A stretch of 56,647 nucleotides of DNA, filler included, from Catajapyx aquilonaris (lineage: Eukaryota), in NCBI GenBank assembly GCA_000934665.2. It is 2 parts of 2 records of this genome, joined end to end, with 100 filler letters (N's around TTAATTAATTAA, not from the genome) between each part and the next. Parts side by side here need not be neighbours in the genome. Positions count along the whole stretch, not along the records: positions 1 to 28,138 come from KZ539251.1; 1 more part is not named here. One strand, 5' to 3'. The notes below the pieces were generated by a model. That model saw only the letters and a list, made by a program, of their open reading frames with translations. It ran no database searches and was not told where the DNA came from. Both the position numbers and the translations under genes were made by a program. This document shows positions 12,306-25,526 of this stretch, in pieces (the stretch's first letter is position 1; each line of letters starts with the position of its first letter).

Positions 12306-12597
12306 CTACTTCCAACAGGAGATGCTGAAGAGGCTCGCTGACCATCTGTCTGATTTAAAGAAGGTGTTTTACTTCACATACGGATCAACGACCCAGTATA
12401 AAAACCAGAAATGTTTCCGCCACCTGTGCCTTCACAAGGCTCACTTCGAGTTGCATGCCGAGTGGCATTTCTTTGCCACCAGCCATGGCAAAGGGCCTTG
12501 TGATGGCATATGTGGAACTGTAAACGCCCTGGCTTCTCGAGCAAGCTTGCAGAAGACGAGTGGTGGGCATATCCTGACACCGAAGAAGCTATTATGA
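12306..12597 (+). mobile_element. Sola2-like transposase fragment
   Basis: YFTYG.TTQYKN...EWHFFATSHGKGPCDGICGTV. Confidence 0.7.
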
Positions 12598-12879
12598 CTG
12601 ATGCGTCGATTCACTGGATGGTTGGCTGCCTTCTGCAGGATTGGCAAAATATGCAAAACAAATGGAAGAGAGCTTTTCCGAGGCAGCCACAATCCCTAAA
12701 ACCAGGCAGTGGCAATGGTCCATTCCGCTGGATGAGAAAGTTTCAGCCACATCCAAGAGCACCTCGATAAGGAAAAAGAAGAGAAATGAAGCCATACAAG
12801 ATTTATGACTCAGTCAAGTACCCTACCTGCCGGTTTTTTCTTTCATAAGTGGTGTGCAGTCCCAAAACACATTTTAACG

Positions 12880-13120
12880 CATGCTTTATTGCATTTGGTA
12901 TAGCTTTGGAAAAGAAGAACGACGTCATGAAGAGGGAGTATTTTCGAACCAATAAATGGAATGCAGCTGAAGATGTGCCACGGTCACTAAAGAGATTGGT
13001 ATTGCTGGAGGAGCATGCACCTATTAGGGGAAAGTATCAGAAACATGACCTAGAGAACTGGAAAGAGGGAGGGATCACTGACTCGAGGAAGGCTAGGAAG
13101 AGGAGCAGCACTTACACTGA
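12880..13120 (+). mobile_element. Unclassified DDE transposase C-terminal fragment
   Basis: LEKKNDVMKR...NKWNAAEDV...KR...RGKYQKHD.ENW.EGG; superfamily uncertain. Confidence 0.35.
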
Positions 13121-13779
13121 AGATCGGCATGCTAGCAAAATTACTCGACCTGCAGGTGCACCACGGCGGAGCAAAAAAATAATTGCAACGTGTGAGGCAG
13201 GAAGAACGAGATGCACGAGAGAGGTAACTGAATGGCAAACAATATGGAAAGGTCGACATTATTGCAAGTATGCCATATGCAAGTATAATGTTGTAATTTG
13301 TAAATTAGCTACAGCTGCTATTGGACTTTCTCATTGGCATTTGGGAGGCATTAGTTACTACAATCATCATTGTTCACAGTTGTGAAGATTCTCTTTACAA
13401 ATGTGACATGTTTATCACTTTACTTGTACCATAAAAAACTATTGTTCTCGGATGAACATAAATGGTTACAATATTAATTGTCATAATAATAAAATTTCCT
13501 TTGTGGGTGACATATGCTGCTGAACTTGCTGTTTAGTGAATTTAGAAAGTAATAAATAGGCACTGCTTTATTATTACTTAGAGCACACCAATACGACACA
13601 AAGATACGATGATGATAAAGAAGAGGATGCGGATGGCAAAGAGGACGAACAGGACGAAGCAGACGAGGCGGAGGAGGATTGTTTTCTACAAGATGTTGAG
13701 AGAGTTGGTATTGTAAATGACCACGGCATCGCTTTCAAGGGGGCTACAGAATTTTTCAGCGGTGGTAGCCAGGCTTTTT

Positions 13780-15240
13780 ATGAAGGGGCACCAATTACTT
13801 CAATGCAGAGTGTCATTGCTATTATGCTCTTTTGCACTGAACATAACCTAACGAAAGCTGATATGAATGACCTATTGACACTTAAAGATCTTCATTGTAG
13901 GCCACCTATACGGAAGCCCTGGGGTGCAACCCCCCTCACACTTTCCCCACACACCCACACAAACATTACGCGCACACATTCATTACACCACTCAAGTTCA
14001 GCCACACATTTGGTTGGCGGGCGGCGAGGCGGGCAGCGCGAGTAGGCCTCAAAGCAAGAGGAAGAGGCACTCCGACTACAGAAAAGAATAACTATCCTCG
14101 AGAAAGAGCCAGAGAAGTAGAGAGCAGGCAGGTGTACAATAATTATGCCGTACTGCTCTCAATGCGGATTTTTTTACTCCGCCTAACTTCCCCGGCCGCT
14201 TCTGCGGGGGGTGTGGAAGGCCGGTTACTAATTCGCCGGTCGGTGGCGGACAAGCAGCATCAGGACAGGCCCCCATGCCGGCCATGCGGCGACCCGCCCC
14301 GAGAAACGCACCTGGTCAAGTTCGTGAATTCTGACGCTTGCATCATCATCATCTAACCAGGATTTTTCCCTCTCTCTGTTGTCTAGTTCTGCTTTAAAAA
14401 ATAAATAGATAACCTTCCCATATGTGACAAAAGTGGAAAAAAATACATGCCGTAAATATCACCTGGATAGACACATGGCAGTAATTGTTCTGGGACCGGA
14501 AGAGCAGTACCGTACATATCGACAAACAATGATCCACACGTGATTGCTGGTTATTACGCTAGATGCATTCCGTCCGTGTCCCAAATGTCTCATGTACTCA
14601 AGGAAACTTTTTTACAATCATGTCCTTGTTGTCAGGAGTAGAACAGCTCAAATTAATTCTAGAGCGGCCGAAGATATTTGAGAAAATCATGAGTGAAATA
14701 TAAAATGTCAGGAGAAACACAGCAACTTACATCAGTGACATATATGATGGCCTAATTTATAAAGCGGTTCCAGGAGAACATTACCCATGACAAAAACACA
14801 ATCTCCTTTATGTGGTTTACCGATGGTGTGCGAATGTTCAAATCATCAAAAGTAACGCTCTGGCCAATGTTCCTGCCTGTACTCGAGCTCCCATTTGCAC
14901 TGAGATTTTTGAAAGAGAACATCCGGTTTGTGGGTTGGAGAATCAAAGCCTGACATGAATACATTTTCCCAGTATTTCCAGGATTTTATAAAGAACATGA
15001 AGAGAGGTATACAAATCGTACAGGATGGCTTCAGGTTGACAATAAAGGGGCATATCATTTGTGGGACATGTGATCTACCAGCCAAGGTTTCTGCTCTCAA
15101 TATGGTGCAATTCAATGGAGATTTTGGATGCGCAAGGTGTCTACAAAAAGGCACTTCAGTAAAAAGTGATAAAGGAGGACATGTATATGTATATCCATTT
15201 TTGGAAGAAATTGAACCGGCGTTTACACATGTAAGCGATT
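13780..15240 (+). mobile_element. CACTA/EnSpm transposase relic interrupted by other sequence (~13897-14600)
   Basis: LFCTEHNLTKADMNDLL; ISDIYDG; WFTDGVRMFKSSKVTLWPMF; KPDMNTF; CDLPAK...QFNGDFGCARC. Confidence 0.8.
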
Positions 15241-15249
15241 TGACAAGCG

Positions 15250-16190
15250 ACGTCATCGCCGAGTGACGAACCGATAGCAGACAAGGTGCAGAGGTTGCAA
15301 TCTACGTACCCAAACACCCCCATTTCATACCCAGCAGTGAGATCACAGTGCCAGGCACCCAGGGGACGCTGAAAGCAGTGGCGTGCTCCGTCAGACTCCA
15401 AGGCCGCAGCATCACGATAATAGGATGTTACCGCCCCCCAGTAGCGGACGGCAGCGAGGAGGAGCTTACAAGGGTCCTAGCACAGTGCCAAGTCCAGAAG
15501 ACAGACAACCCAACCAAATAATAGTATGTGGAGATTTCGAAGCCCACAGCAGCTTATGGGGCGGACCTGAAACAGTACAAGATGCCTTCGGCCACGTGCT
15601 GAAGAAATACTTGCGACCCACGACTTGGTGGCTCTAAACGACGGAAGGCCCACCTACTATTGAGTAAATCCCCCCGCATCCTCAAGCCTTGACATAACGG
15701 TGATCGGCAAGGAAATCTCACTCGATTACACCTGGGAGGTGGAGTCAACCAATGGGGGAGTGACCACTCCCACACCTTCCTTATACCAACTCGCTCCCCA
15801 AAAAAGAAGGCTGGGCGAAACATGGAAGATATACCAATTACACAAGGCAATTCCAGGATGGCGTCGGGGACCTAAGCAGGCCGGAAGAGGCAGACCTCCA
15901 TAGAAAAGCTAACGTCATCACTATGGCCATTGCAGGAGCGGCAGCGAGGGCAAAAATGTCGATCAAACCCCCTAAGAAGTACTTATCCGCCACCTCGTGG
16001 AATGCAGTCTGCGCAAGAACAAACGTAACCTGAAGAGGCATTTAATACAGGTGCATAAGCAGGAGGTACAGGCGGCATCCCTGCCGCACCGGCAGCTCGA
16101 CTTAATACAAATATGTTCTTGGAGTCTTACCACCAGAAACTGAAGTACATCATGACCAGACGTTTGTACGCAAGAGGTATGGAGAAAGAG
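15250..16190 (+). mobile_element. Non-LTR retrotransposon APE endonuclease fragment
   Basis: IIVCGDFEAHSSLWG, LNDGRPT, SLDIT, WGSDH; frameshifted. Confidence 0.75.
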
Positions 16191-16214
16191 CAAACATGAA
16201 GAAGCGTAGCTGCT

Positions 16215-16837
16215 ACTAGAAGGAGAAGCAGCTGGAGAAAAGTGCTCCAGGAAAGAATAAGATTAGGAGTGGAGGATGGCAGGAGACAAGGCCGAAAGCG
16301 CAGGTGGAAGGAAGAGGCCCGCAGGATGGAGCGGGAGGTGGCGCAGCTGAAGAAGGACGCGGAGCAGGCAAGAAAGGAGACGGAGGAAGCGAGGAGGGAG
16401 AGAAAGAGGCCAATCGGAGGAAGCTGATTGACTGGGAGGATAGGAGCAGGAGGGACAACCTGGTCATCAGCGGGATCCCTGAAGAGGCGGAGGAGACATG
16501 GGCGAGGACGGAGGAGCTGTTGAAGGAGATGGCGAGCGGAAGGATGGGCCTAACCTTGCGGTCCATCTCCCGCGCACACAGAGTGGGGCCGAAGAGGGAG
16601 GGGGTGGACCGCAAGGTGGTGGTCAAGTTTGATGCTGGGAAGGAGACGGAGGCCATGCTGCGGGAGAAGGTGAAGCTGAAGGGGAGTAGCATTTATGTCG
16701 ACGAGGACTTCTCACTGGCGACCCGGGAGGTGCGCAGGCAGCTCTTCCGGGTGGCACGGGACTGGAGAGCGTCTGAAACCCCCAGCACTGTCAGGGTGGA
16801 CAAGCTGGTGGCCGGGGGGAAGTGGTACTCGCTATGA
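16215..16837 (+). mobile_element. LINE ORF1 (L1TD1/Transposase_22-like coiled-coil + RRM) fragment
   Basis: Coiled coil, then EDRSRRDNLVISGIPE, RAHRVG, VVVKF, LKGSSIYVDEDFSLATREVRRQL. Confidence 0.75.
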
Positions 16838-16844
16838 GCTTCCA

Positions 16845-17100
16845 CTGTGGAGATGAGACCTCCTCCCCCACCCCTGCTCCTTCCTGTAGTGGTCGTGGCG
16901 ATGTAGGAGGCATTTCGCGACCTTTTTTCTCCTCCCAACTTGCCAAAGCTGTGCAACGCGGCTAACCGGGCACTGTCCGTTTTAAGGCCATCCCAATTTT
17001 TCTGAAATGCTGTTATCACCGCACGCCAGTCATCAACTGACCCAAATCTCATTTGCCGTGTTACTTTTTGGAACCGCTCATTGGTGCTCTTCTCATTCTC
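16845..17100 (-). mobile_element. MULE/SWIM transposase C-terminal fragment (inverted)
   Basis: LKTDSARLAALHSFGK...YIATTTTGRSR is homologous to 4460-4892. Confidence 0.45.
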
Positions 17101-17289
17101 CAAGTGGTCTTCTTCCCCACCACCACTGCATTATACACCACCCTGTTCTATTGCTGCATCATCAGGTGTTAACGATGTCAGCGTATGTCTGTCTGTTCAA
17201 GTCATCTCCCGAATGGCACAATGTCGGAGGCGCAAAGTAACTCGGTGGAAGCACTTCTTGGAGCCGTAACATAAAGCTTGAAGACAAGA

Positions 17290-17620
17290 AGCACAGTTCT
17301 GTTTGGTGTCCACTGCAAGACTACATGCCAAAAACCAGGAGGACTTGCACAAGGCAGCAGTAGAAGCCTCATGTGACAGCATCGCCAACGGCTATCGTGA
17401 CTTTGTCAGGTACCTCCAAGATTTGCTGGGAAAGGCTGAAAAGTGGCCTCTGTCTTTCAAGCAGAAGCTGCCGACACATGGCAGCAATACAAACAATATC
17501 GTGGAGTCCGCCTTTAAAGTCCTCAAGAAGGGTGTACTGCTCAGGACCAGGACTTATTCTATCCCGGAACGTTTTTTTTTGTAACCGAAACTCTGAGTCA
17601 AGTTTACTCTGTTGCCATAT
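17290..17620 (+). mobile_element. MULE transposase fragment
   Basis: FVRYL....EKWPLSFK..LPTHGSNTNNIVESAFKVLK...RTRTYS (TNN..E motif). Confidence 0.7.
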
Positions 17621-19284
17621 CTGGCAAGCTGGATGGCAGGGGAAAGAAGTTCCAGGCTCCAAAAAAATGACAAATAATTGGATTGTCTGAGTGTGACTCC
17701 ACTTGAGACAGTTCAGCATTTTCAGGTGAAGAACATCAGGAAACGAGCGGCGGGCAGTTGCTAGAGAGATTGCCGGAGAGCAAGCGTGGGCATGTCCGCA
17801 ACCTCATCCCTGGACGTCTCCGGCGGGGACGCAGTATGTGAGGCCTTCCCGACGGGAATTGGAAGAAGTGGGACCGGTGTTTGTGATGGGCATCCCTGAT
17901 CGTACGGCTCCACAGGTGCATGCGTTGGCACCAGGGAAGTACATTAAGTTGAGGAATTCTGAAATCTTTGCCGCACGCAAGAGAAGGGCTGAGCAGGCCA
18001 GGTGAGAAACTTTGGAACAACTAGGACTTGAGGCGCAAGGTGTGACGATGGAGGGGATGCTGGAGATGGTTACTGGAAGGCACTGGCATTGCAACTGGAG
18101 GAGGAAATAAAGTAGTTTTCTTATTAGAATGCTGTGTTGTCATTGAAGGACCCAAACTGAGCGACACCGGGCGACAAACCAGGTACGTGGATGTAGGTTT
18201 GTCACAAGAATATTATTTATATTGCCTTTTAATATTAGTAATATTGGTAATATTAAGACTGGGACAATGCAGTACGAGGTGCTTGAAGAAATCCTTCTCC
18301 ATTCATCTTGGAGAAACCCGACGCAGAGTCATTTTTGGACGTGAAAGATGCACTCCGGCCCCACTTCAGGAGCCGTTAAAAGACTTAATAAAAGGTATTA
18401 TATGCCGAATATCACGCCTAGTCATACTTAGAAACGAGTTATCCCACATTATTTTCCATTAAAATGGCCTGACAACCTAAGTTTCAACAAAAAGGGCTTC
18501 ATTTGCAAATATTTTATATTGATTTATAAAACTAATATTGGCCCACCGCATATTTTCACCATGCACAATTATTATGCAGATGAAGCATGTTAAACGATAT
18601 GTAATTTTTGCAGGCATGACAGACGTCATCGTTGACTCAATATTAATCATCTTCATTTATTTCGGTTTGCGATTTAGATGAACGAGGCCCTTTTTAGAAT
18701 CAACCCTTCAATTCTTGTTGGGAAGGTATGGGTGGATATTAGGTCAGAGGTCATCAAGCATCCTTTTTTTTAAAAAAAAACATGAATGTTTGATACACGG
18801 GCTCCTTTTCCAGGCAACCAAGGACAAATATGATCAAACAGAACTCAAGAATTATTTGGAGTCACTGTCACCAGCCCCGAACAGGCCTACACCTCAAAGG
18901 GTTCAGCCTCACAACTTCATTCAGCGCCTCATTCTGCCAGTTCATCACCAAACTCAGTTCGACCAATTGAACCGTGGAATCTGAAAACCAGACAAGTCAC
19001 ATCGAAACTGAAAAGGCGTTTAGGAACTTGTTGCACTGAGCCCGTCTCAAATCCACAGGAATGGTCGTAGGTGCACCAAATTTGCAAGGTGGGTGCATGC
19101 AACGGTGTAGTCTACATTTCAGAGCAGAACTTCATATACTACAAAATAATCTGTTAGGCTATAGCCTAATTATAACAGGAACAATAACAATCGACAAAAG
19201 GAGCCTTGGAGATACCATCGAACAGGCGTTTCGCCAGCTTTTCCGCCGATTTAGAAGGCTTAAGCACCACATACTCTATCCAGG

Positions 19285-19588
19285 ACTGTTTCGTTAATCG
19301 CAAAATAAATGATGCCGGATCAAAGGTTGAATTGTTGAAAATCAAATTGATGCGTTTTAGCAAGGACCAACCGGGCATAAAGGAGTACAAGTATACCCAC
19401 AACGAATATGTTGACTTTGAAGATATGAATCTGAACAAGCGGACGACCTTCCAACCTAGGATCACTAACCCTAAACTGCATGTATCCTGGTCGACACCTA
19501 ATCTCTGTTGAGAAGAAGGACCTCATGTGTCTACTTGACTATGTACCACCTAAGTATGACATGTATGACATGTTTTACATTGATTTAA
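19285..19588 (+). mobile_element. Sola1-like transposase C-terminal fragment
   Basis: KIKLMRFSKDQPG...YKYTH...LYPG...KKDLMCLLDYVPP...FY..L; interrupted at TTAA by the Kolobok element. Confidence 0.5.
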
Positions 19589-20731
19589 AGGGACACTCCA
19601 CTCAAAAAACAAGTTGACCTCTAAAAATCAGGCAAAAAATCATGATTCCGAGAATGCGATCCGTTTATCTCTGAGACGAACGCTAATGACATGGGAAGTG
19701 ACGAAAGTCGGAAAAAATTCGAGGTCTGATGGAGAGTGGCGCCGCCTTCCTCACCTGGCAGCTGCCTCAGGAAGTAGGGATCGTAGCCGCGCGGGTTTGA
19801 AAAAATGCAGTTCGGTGGGATATTTCTGGCTGCTGCCAATACTGTCACGGAGGTGTTACTTTCCAGACCTCGCCTTTGCTTGGCTCCTAATTGTGTACAG
19901 GTGGGCTACATCATTCTGTTGCTGCGGCATCAGATCCCCGTAAAATTGGAATTAGTCATTGAAACAGAGCCATTAGCAATCTTCTGGCCCCAACACATAT
20001 TAGCTGCTATTCTCAATCGCGTCGCGGTTATTCCAAGATGGCGCAGTCCAGCGATTCTGTCGGGCCCGAATGTACGGTAATGGAAAATGATAGTTCGCGA
20101 TCTAGTATGGAGGCTGCCGAGGGAGATAGCTCCGAACAGTCCGAAGTTCCAGGCTGCCTCCGACCCAGTCCACATGGGATCCTCCCTTATCAATTCGAGC
20201 CGTGCGAGGGTGAGGAGCAAAACACTGCCCAGAATGACGGCCTTTTGTCCTACGCCCTCCACCATATGCCGGAATGAAAGCCAGAAATGACAAGCGTAGG
20301 ACCTACCCACCCCCTGCCCTAGTGCTAAGCATAAACATGTGTCGCCTTCCAGTCGTTCCCTCCGGGCCTTTATTAGTCTTGGGGATCTGATGCGTAAGCA
20401 ACAGATGTAGCCCACCGGTACCCAAGCAAAGGCGAGGTCTGGAAAGTAACACCTCCGTGACAGTATTGGCAGCAGCCAGAAATATCCCATCGAACTGCAT
20501 TTCAAACCCGCGCGGCTACGATCCCTACTTCCTGAAGCAGCCGCCAGGTGCCCGGGGTAGGTGTCGCCGGGGGTGGAGGGGCAGGGGGTTTGCAGCCGGC
20601 CTACTTTGCCATTTATTTATCGGATTATCGCTCGCCGTAGGAAAAAAAACAAAAAAACATGGTTATCACCGGAATCAGGATTTTTTGCCTGATTTTTAGA
20701 GGTCAACTTGCTTTTTGAGTGGAGTGTCCCT
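19589..20731. mobile_element. Non-autonomous Kolobok-type DNA transposon (TTAA TSD, AGGG...CCCT termini, long internal inverted repeats)
   Basis: TTAA 19585-19588 and 20732-20735; ~62-bp TIR AGGGACACTCCACTCAAAAA.CAAGTTGACCTCTAAAAATCAGGC...; second inverted pair about 19760-19935 and 20383-20542. Confidence 0.9.
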
Positions 20732-21411
20732 TTAAAGACTGTGGACCCAATGTCTGGGAAGTAGTGTATGACAATATTTAGCACTCAATGTGATTTGGTT
20801 AAGATTTCCTTATGCCCAACAACACTTATGCCTAAGTGAACTATATCATTGTTGTGGCAATTCTTCCGACCCCTCAAGCTGGCTGGGTCCCGCCTTCTGG
20901 TTTCGTCGGGGTGGGGCCGAAACTGCCCGAGGCCCCACCGGCGCGGCGCCTCCTGCCGCCCCTTCACCGAACCCGGGTGTTGCCGTTCCTCCTCCGTCGG
21001 CTCCAATCCTGGAGCGGGTGGAGGCCGCACGCCTTTAGCTGGCGGCCGCCCAGGACCTTTTTGAGAAGATGCTCAAGCTCGTCTCTGCTCAACCGGTGGC
21101 CGCTCCTTTGGCCCGTGATCCGGCTGGTACTGAGGCCATGAGTGTGGAAGAAGAGAAGCAGCTAATCCAGTAAGCTGGGGCACCCTTCACCCGGCCATAT
21201 ATACGGACGAGAACTGTGTTGCAGTAGTGATTGTTTTTTTTATTATTAAACCAGTGTGTGGGGTGACCTCCCTCCCCTGTTGGGGGTCACTTTCCTATTT
21301 AGTCGTTACCCCTCCCGTCTTTGTTTTTTGGGTTTGTGTGTGTGTGTCTTGAGGTGTTCCCCCCCCTCCTATCTTGCAATTTTTGTTTTCTTTTTTCTAC
21401 TTTTGGTCCGG

Positions 21412-21674
21412 TGTAACCATAATGAGACACGCTCCCCCACCCCCCTCTCCTCCTATGTTTGTTCTTTCCCTTCCTTTTTTCCCTGTGGTGCCTCTTGGGA
21501 TGGGTGGGAATAAAGGAGAAGCTGAGGCTGAGCTGACCAAGGTGGACGCTTTCTGGGATCCGTGTCTGTATTCGGAGGGGTTGAGAGCAATAAACGTGAG
21601 GAAAACCGACGTCAGAGTGTTTACTTGCATGCGAGAGGTACGAGTAACCCAGTGATAAAACAATATAACCAACA
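21412..21674 (+). mobile_element. Solo-LTR-like element related to 8661-8971
   Basis: TGT start, AATAAA 21589, shared GAGTGTTTACTTGCATGCGAGAGGTACGAGT. Confidence 0.45.
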
Positions 21675-22199
21675 TGATGCCTGTGATTTGATTTTCACTT
21701 TCTTTACTCCCGCTCTCCTCTACACGTGAAAAAACACAGCATTGCAAAACAATGATCAGGGATTTTTTCAGACGCCGTAAAAATAAAACATCAGTTTCCC
21801 AAAAATAGGCGACCTATTTGGATTTTTGATCCTTCCATCCTACAACCACATTTAGAGAGTCAAAATCTGTCGTTATCACCTTGCAGGTTTTGGGCTAAGT
21901 TTAACAAATATCCTCCTCCCCCAACAGCCATGGTTCTTACGTCACCAACAGCATCTTCCCAGTCTTTTGTGTCTCATACTAATGTCCCAAGCCAATTATC
22001 CTTTCCTAATCTTTCTGGACCTGCTTGTCCTGTGGTAGGGGGGGAGGAGCCAGGGATAAAGGCAGAAATTCACAAAACAAGCAAACACAATTCACTGGGC
22101 TCTTTTAGCAGTAAGAAAACAACCAGAGTCCCAATGAAGGGCGGAGGTCCAACTCAGGGCATATCTGTTTCTGTGATAAGCACTGAAGTGCATGTGCCA

Positions 22200-23800
22200 T
22201 TGGATGTTGTGTGTGAATATCCAAAGAAGTGTGAGGACTGTGGTCAGTCACATAAAAGCAGGAAGACTGTTATGGCTCATATTAAGAAAACCGATGCCAG
22301 GCTTTGAAGAATTACTCTCAGTTGGATTGTCATGATAATCCTGAAGTTGGTAGTACTCCGATGACACGATGTGAAGGGGAAAGCAGCTGTGATGCTTTCA
22401 GTGCAGAGCACCTTGAATTTAAGAATATGGATGAATTTTATCTGTGACAAAAGAAAGAACAGAGAGAGACGTATACGTGTTACATCAAGCAATCCGGTCC
22501 AGTTAAGATGATAGGGGTCGCGTATCATTACTTTAAATGTCTTTAATGGGAGGCCAGAGAAAATTCACCGTAGAAAAAATGAGCCACCTCGCAAGACTGA
22601 TAAAACTTGGGAGAAAAGTAGAGTTGGCCAAAAGTCTAGCCGGCACTGTAGATGACAATGGTGTGCATGTAAAGTTTACCAGGGAGCACAGCCATGAAAT
22701 TCCCCTAAGTTTATGAAATTATTCCGCCTGCCTAAAAGGGTACTGGCATATATTAGTAGCCAATTTGATTTAGGTGCATCTGTAACAGAAATTCATAAGC
22801 AACGTCTTGGGCCAGCTGGGTATTTGAACAACCGCGATAAACCCATGAAATACACACCAGAGCAATTATTACTTTCACGTACCCGATTAAGTACTCTCCA
22901 AAGGAACTATATTAAAGCTAATCCAAACATTTCCGAGCAGGAGCTACAATGGTGTTTCACTTCCAAGACGAATGTAAAGATAAAAGCCGATTCATATATT
23001 TCAAGCCACAAGGAGACAGTGAAGATAGGAGACATTGTGAAGATTGGCGACACGACGCTCAATTTACCGGATGATTTGTTTGCAATTGATTCAAACGCGG
23101 TAAAAATTGGAAATGATGAAAGAGGGTTGCAAGCATATTCCTTGTGTAGAATCCACTCATGGAACCACTGCCTATGGCTTTTATTTATATAATCTGAGTG
23201 TACCAGACAAACATGGGAAAGGTTATCCTGTTGCACACTTTATTTCTAGTTGTAAAAGCCAAGCAACAGTGACCATCATGTGTAGCAGGATAAAATCTAG
23301 GTGCCCAGATTTACGCATTAATTGTCTCATGACCGAAGATGAGCCAGCTATTTACAATGTCATTTTGGAAACTTTCGGTTCAGAAACTAAACATCTGTGT
23401 AAATTTCATGTGATGCAGAACTGGGATCGGTCATTGTCAAAATATGACATTGCTGTAGAAGCACGGAGAGATTTACTGTCTGAGGGAAATACTAAATTAC
23501 CCTGATTTTTCCAGGTTTAATTGTGGCCTTAATGACTTGATAGAAGCTCTTAAGTGAGTGTGCTTCTAACTTCTTTGCTTTCTTCAATACCAACTACGTA
23601 TGTTCGAAGGCAAAACCTGTGGGCAATGTGTTTCAGGACTTTCCCACATGAGAAGACTGACACCAATAATAATTGTGAGGCATTCCATAGTATGCTAAAA
23701 AAAAGATTATTTCGGCAAAAAGGAGAATGTAAGAGTTGACAAATTAATAGAGATTCTTTTGGAAATTGAAGCAGCAAATTATGTTAATTTGTTCACCAAA
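22200..23800 (+). mobile_element. Decayed MULE transposase with N-terminal C2H2 finger
   Basis: CEDC...H; EHSHE; CVESTHGTTAYGF...VPDKHGKGYPVAHFI; LMTEDE; LCKFHV; WAMCFR...TNNNCEAFHSMLK. Confidence 0.85.
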
Positions 23801-23939
23801 ACTCGTGTACTCCCAAGAACTGAGATCATGCACTAATGTAAAGATTAAATGCCGCCATGGCAAGGGAATGAATACTCCCCATTCAGGTAAGAGAATTGGA
23901 CAGTGACTGACTCGGCATGACCCAGAGGACGAAGGTAAG

Positions 23940-24321
23940 TTAGTGCACTATGCTTATCGTCTGTGTAGTACACCTTCTTCAAGTCACAAAAGAAGCCAAA
24001 CATATTATATTTCCCACGCGTGGTCATTCTTTTCTGCCTAATGATTCCGACTTCGCCCTCATTGGAAAGAGAAAGAAAGGAACTGTTGCAGTTGATATCC
24101 CTGCAGAGTGGGATAAAATAATCACGTCTGCACGATCACACCTTACACCATTTAAGATCGTACATGTTGATCAGGACATGATTTTTGACTTCAACAAAGC
24201 ATTGGCACCATTCTGCCAAAAATCTGCAAATGCCAAGCTTCGATTGAAGCAAGTGCGCATTGTTAAAGAGATGTGTGACACTGACAGTCAGTCTGCTCTG
24301 ATCCACACAGCACATAAGTAA
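23940..24321 (+). mobile_element. Sola1-like transposase fragment
   Basis: HIIFPTRGHSFLPNDSDFALIGKRKK...P.EW..II..AR...PF. Confidence 0.7.
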
Positions 24322-24997
24322 TTACCTGCTCTGAACTTAACACCACGAGCATGTGATCGGAATAAATCAGCATAGTTTTCTACCAGTAGCAAAATAAATG
24401 GCATTTTTCTGCATCATACTTGAATTTCTGGAGACACATTGCCATGCACTTTTGAGATAGCTAGGTTACAAAGACAGATAAGAAGTGCCAGATAAGAGTG
24501 CTCGAGAGGGGTAGATAAGGGAGGAGGAAAAAAACAACAACAACAGATAAGCACGGACGTACACACACACGTGTGTGTGCACAACCGCCAATGTTTTTTA
24601 ACGTGATGGTACACAGTATTTTTGTTCCAGTACACAGTATTTTTGTCGCTACTGTCTTGTAACTCGAGATGTATTCCACTCTGGCTGAAGTCGGCACTAG
24701 CCGAGGAGTGCGGAGGATCGCCCTATATCTAGATTTGTCTGACACCGTCTCCGGCTGCTTCCAGCATGGCAGTTTTTCTGACTTACTCTAGAGGAGATTT
24801 TCAAAGCGTCGTCGAGGGTTGGGCAAAAGACTGCAGCGATGACGGGTTCTTCTCTTCTATACTGCTGTACAAGAGGTTCAATGCCAGAGCGTGAGCTGAG
24901 TGGACGTGCAGAAATTGAGCTCCTGCCAAGGCCGATCGATACACGTGCTGGGTCGTTCACTGGTTAACTGGCCAAATGGGGGTCTCGAAGGAGGAGA

Positions 24998-25420
24998 CAT
25001 TGTAATGGCATAATCAAAGTCAGTGTCTCAGTTGAGCCCCACTGAACCACTGCTTATGCCGGCATTCTGATTTACACCCGGGGCAATTGGCTCTCTAAGG
25101 GCTGCTGAGCCACATCCAGACAAGAGAGACGGGGATTCGTCTGAGAAAGATAAAATCTGGCATCGAGTTGTGAGATAGGGCTAGTCATCCCAGGATCTCT
25201 TCACTGGAGACGAAGGACTCTGAAGTGCACAGGAGACGAAACTTGAGTAATGCAGCAATGTGTCATATCTTTTAATGGGGGAGCCAGACACTGTTAATTT
25301 CACCAGACACTATAGAGAAAATGGAAAGGAAAGGGAGGCAATGCTGCCCGAAAAGGTGTGAAGTTGAGGGGCAGCCCGGTGTGTATAGACGAGGACTTCA
25401 GTGTGGCAACCAGGACTGTC
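24998..25420 (+). repeat. Direct repeat copy 1 (LTR-like ~25001-25313 + LINE ORF1 scrap)
   Basis: Closely similar to 26845-27320; lacks ~50 bp present in copy 2. Confidence 0.9.
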
Positions 25421-25526
25421 AGAAGGGAGCTGTTCAGGGTGGCCAAGAAGTGGCGGTCATCTGCCCCGATTGTCACCGATTGTCACAGGGTGTATAAAAA
25501 AAACAGGTGCGCACAAGAAATAAGGG

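Noticed and set aside
17736..19280. Further coding-like stretches (17736-18100, 18250-18460, 18700-19280)
   Set aside because: Look like decayed ORFs (possibly pogo, Penelope or viral), but no motif is strong enough to assign
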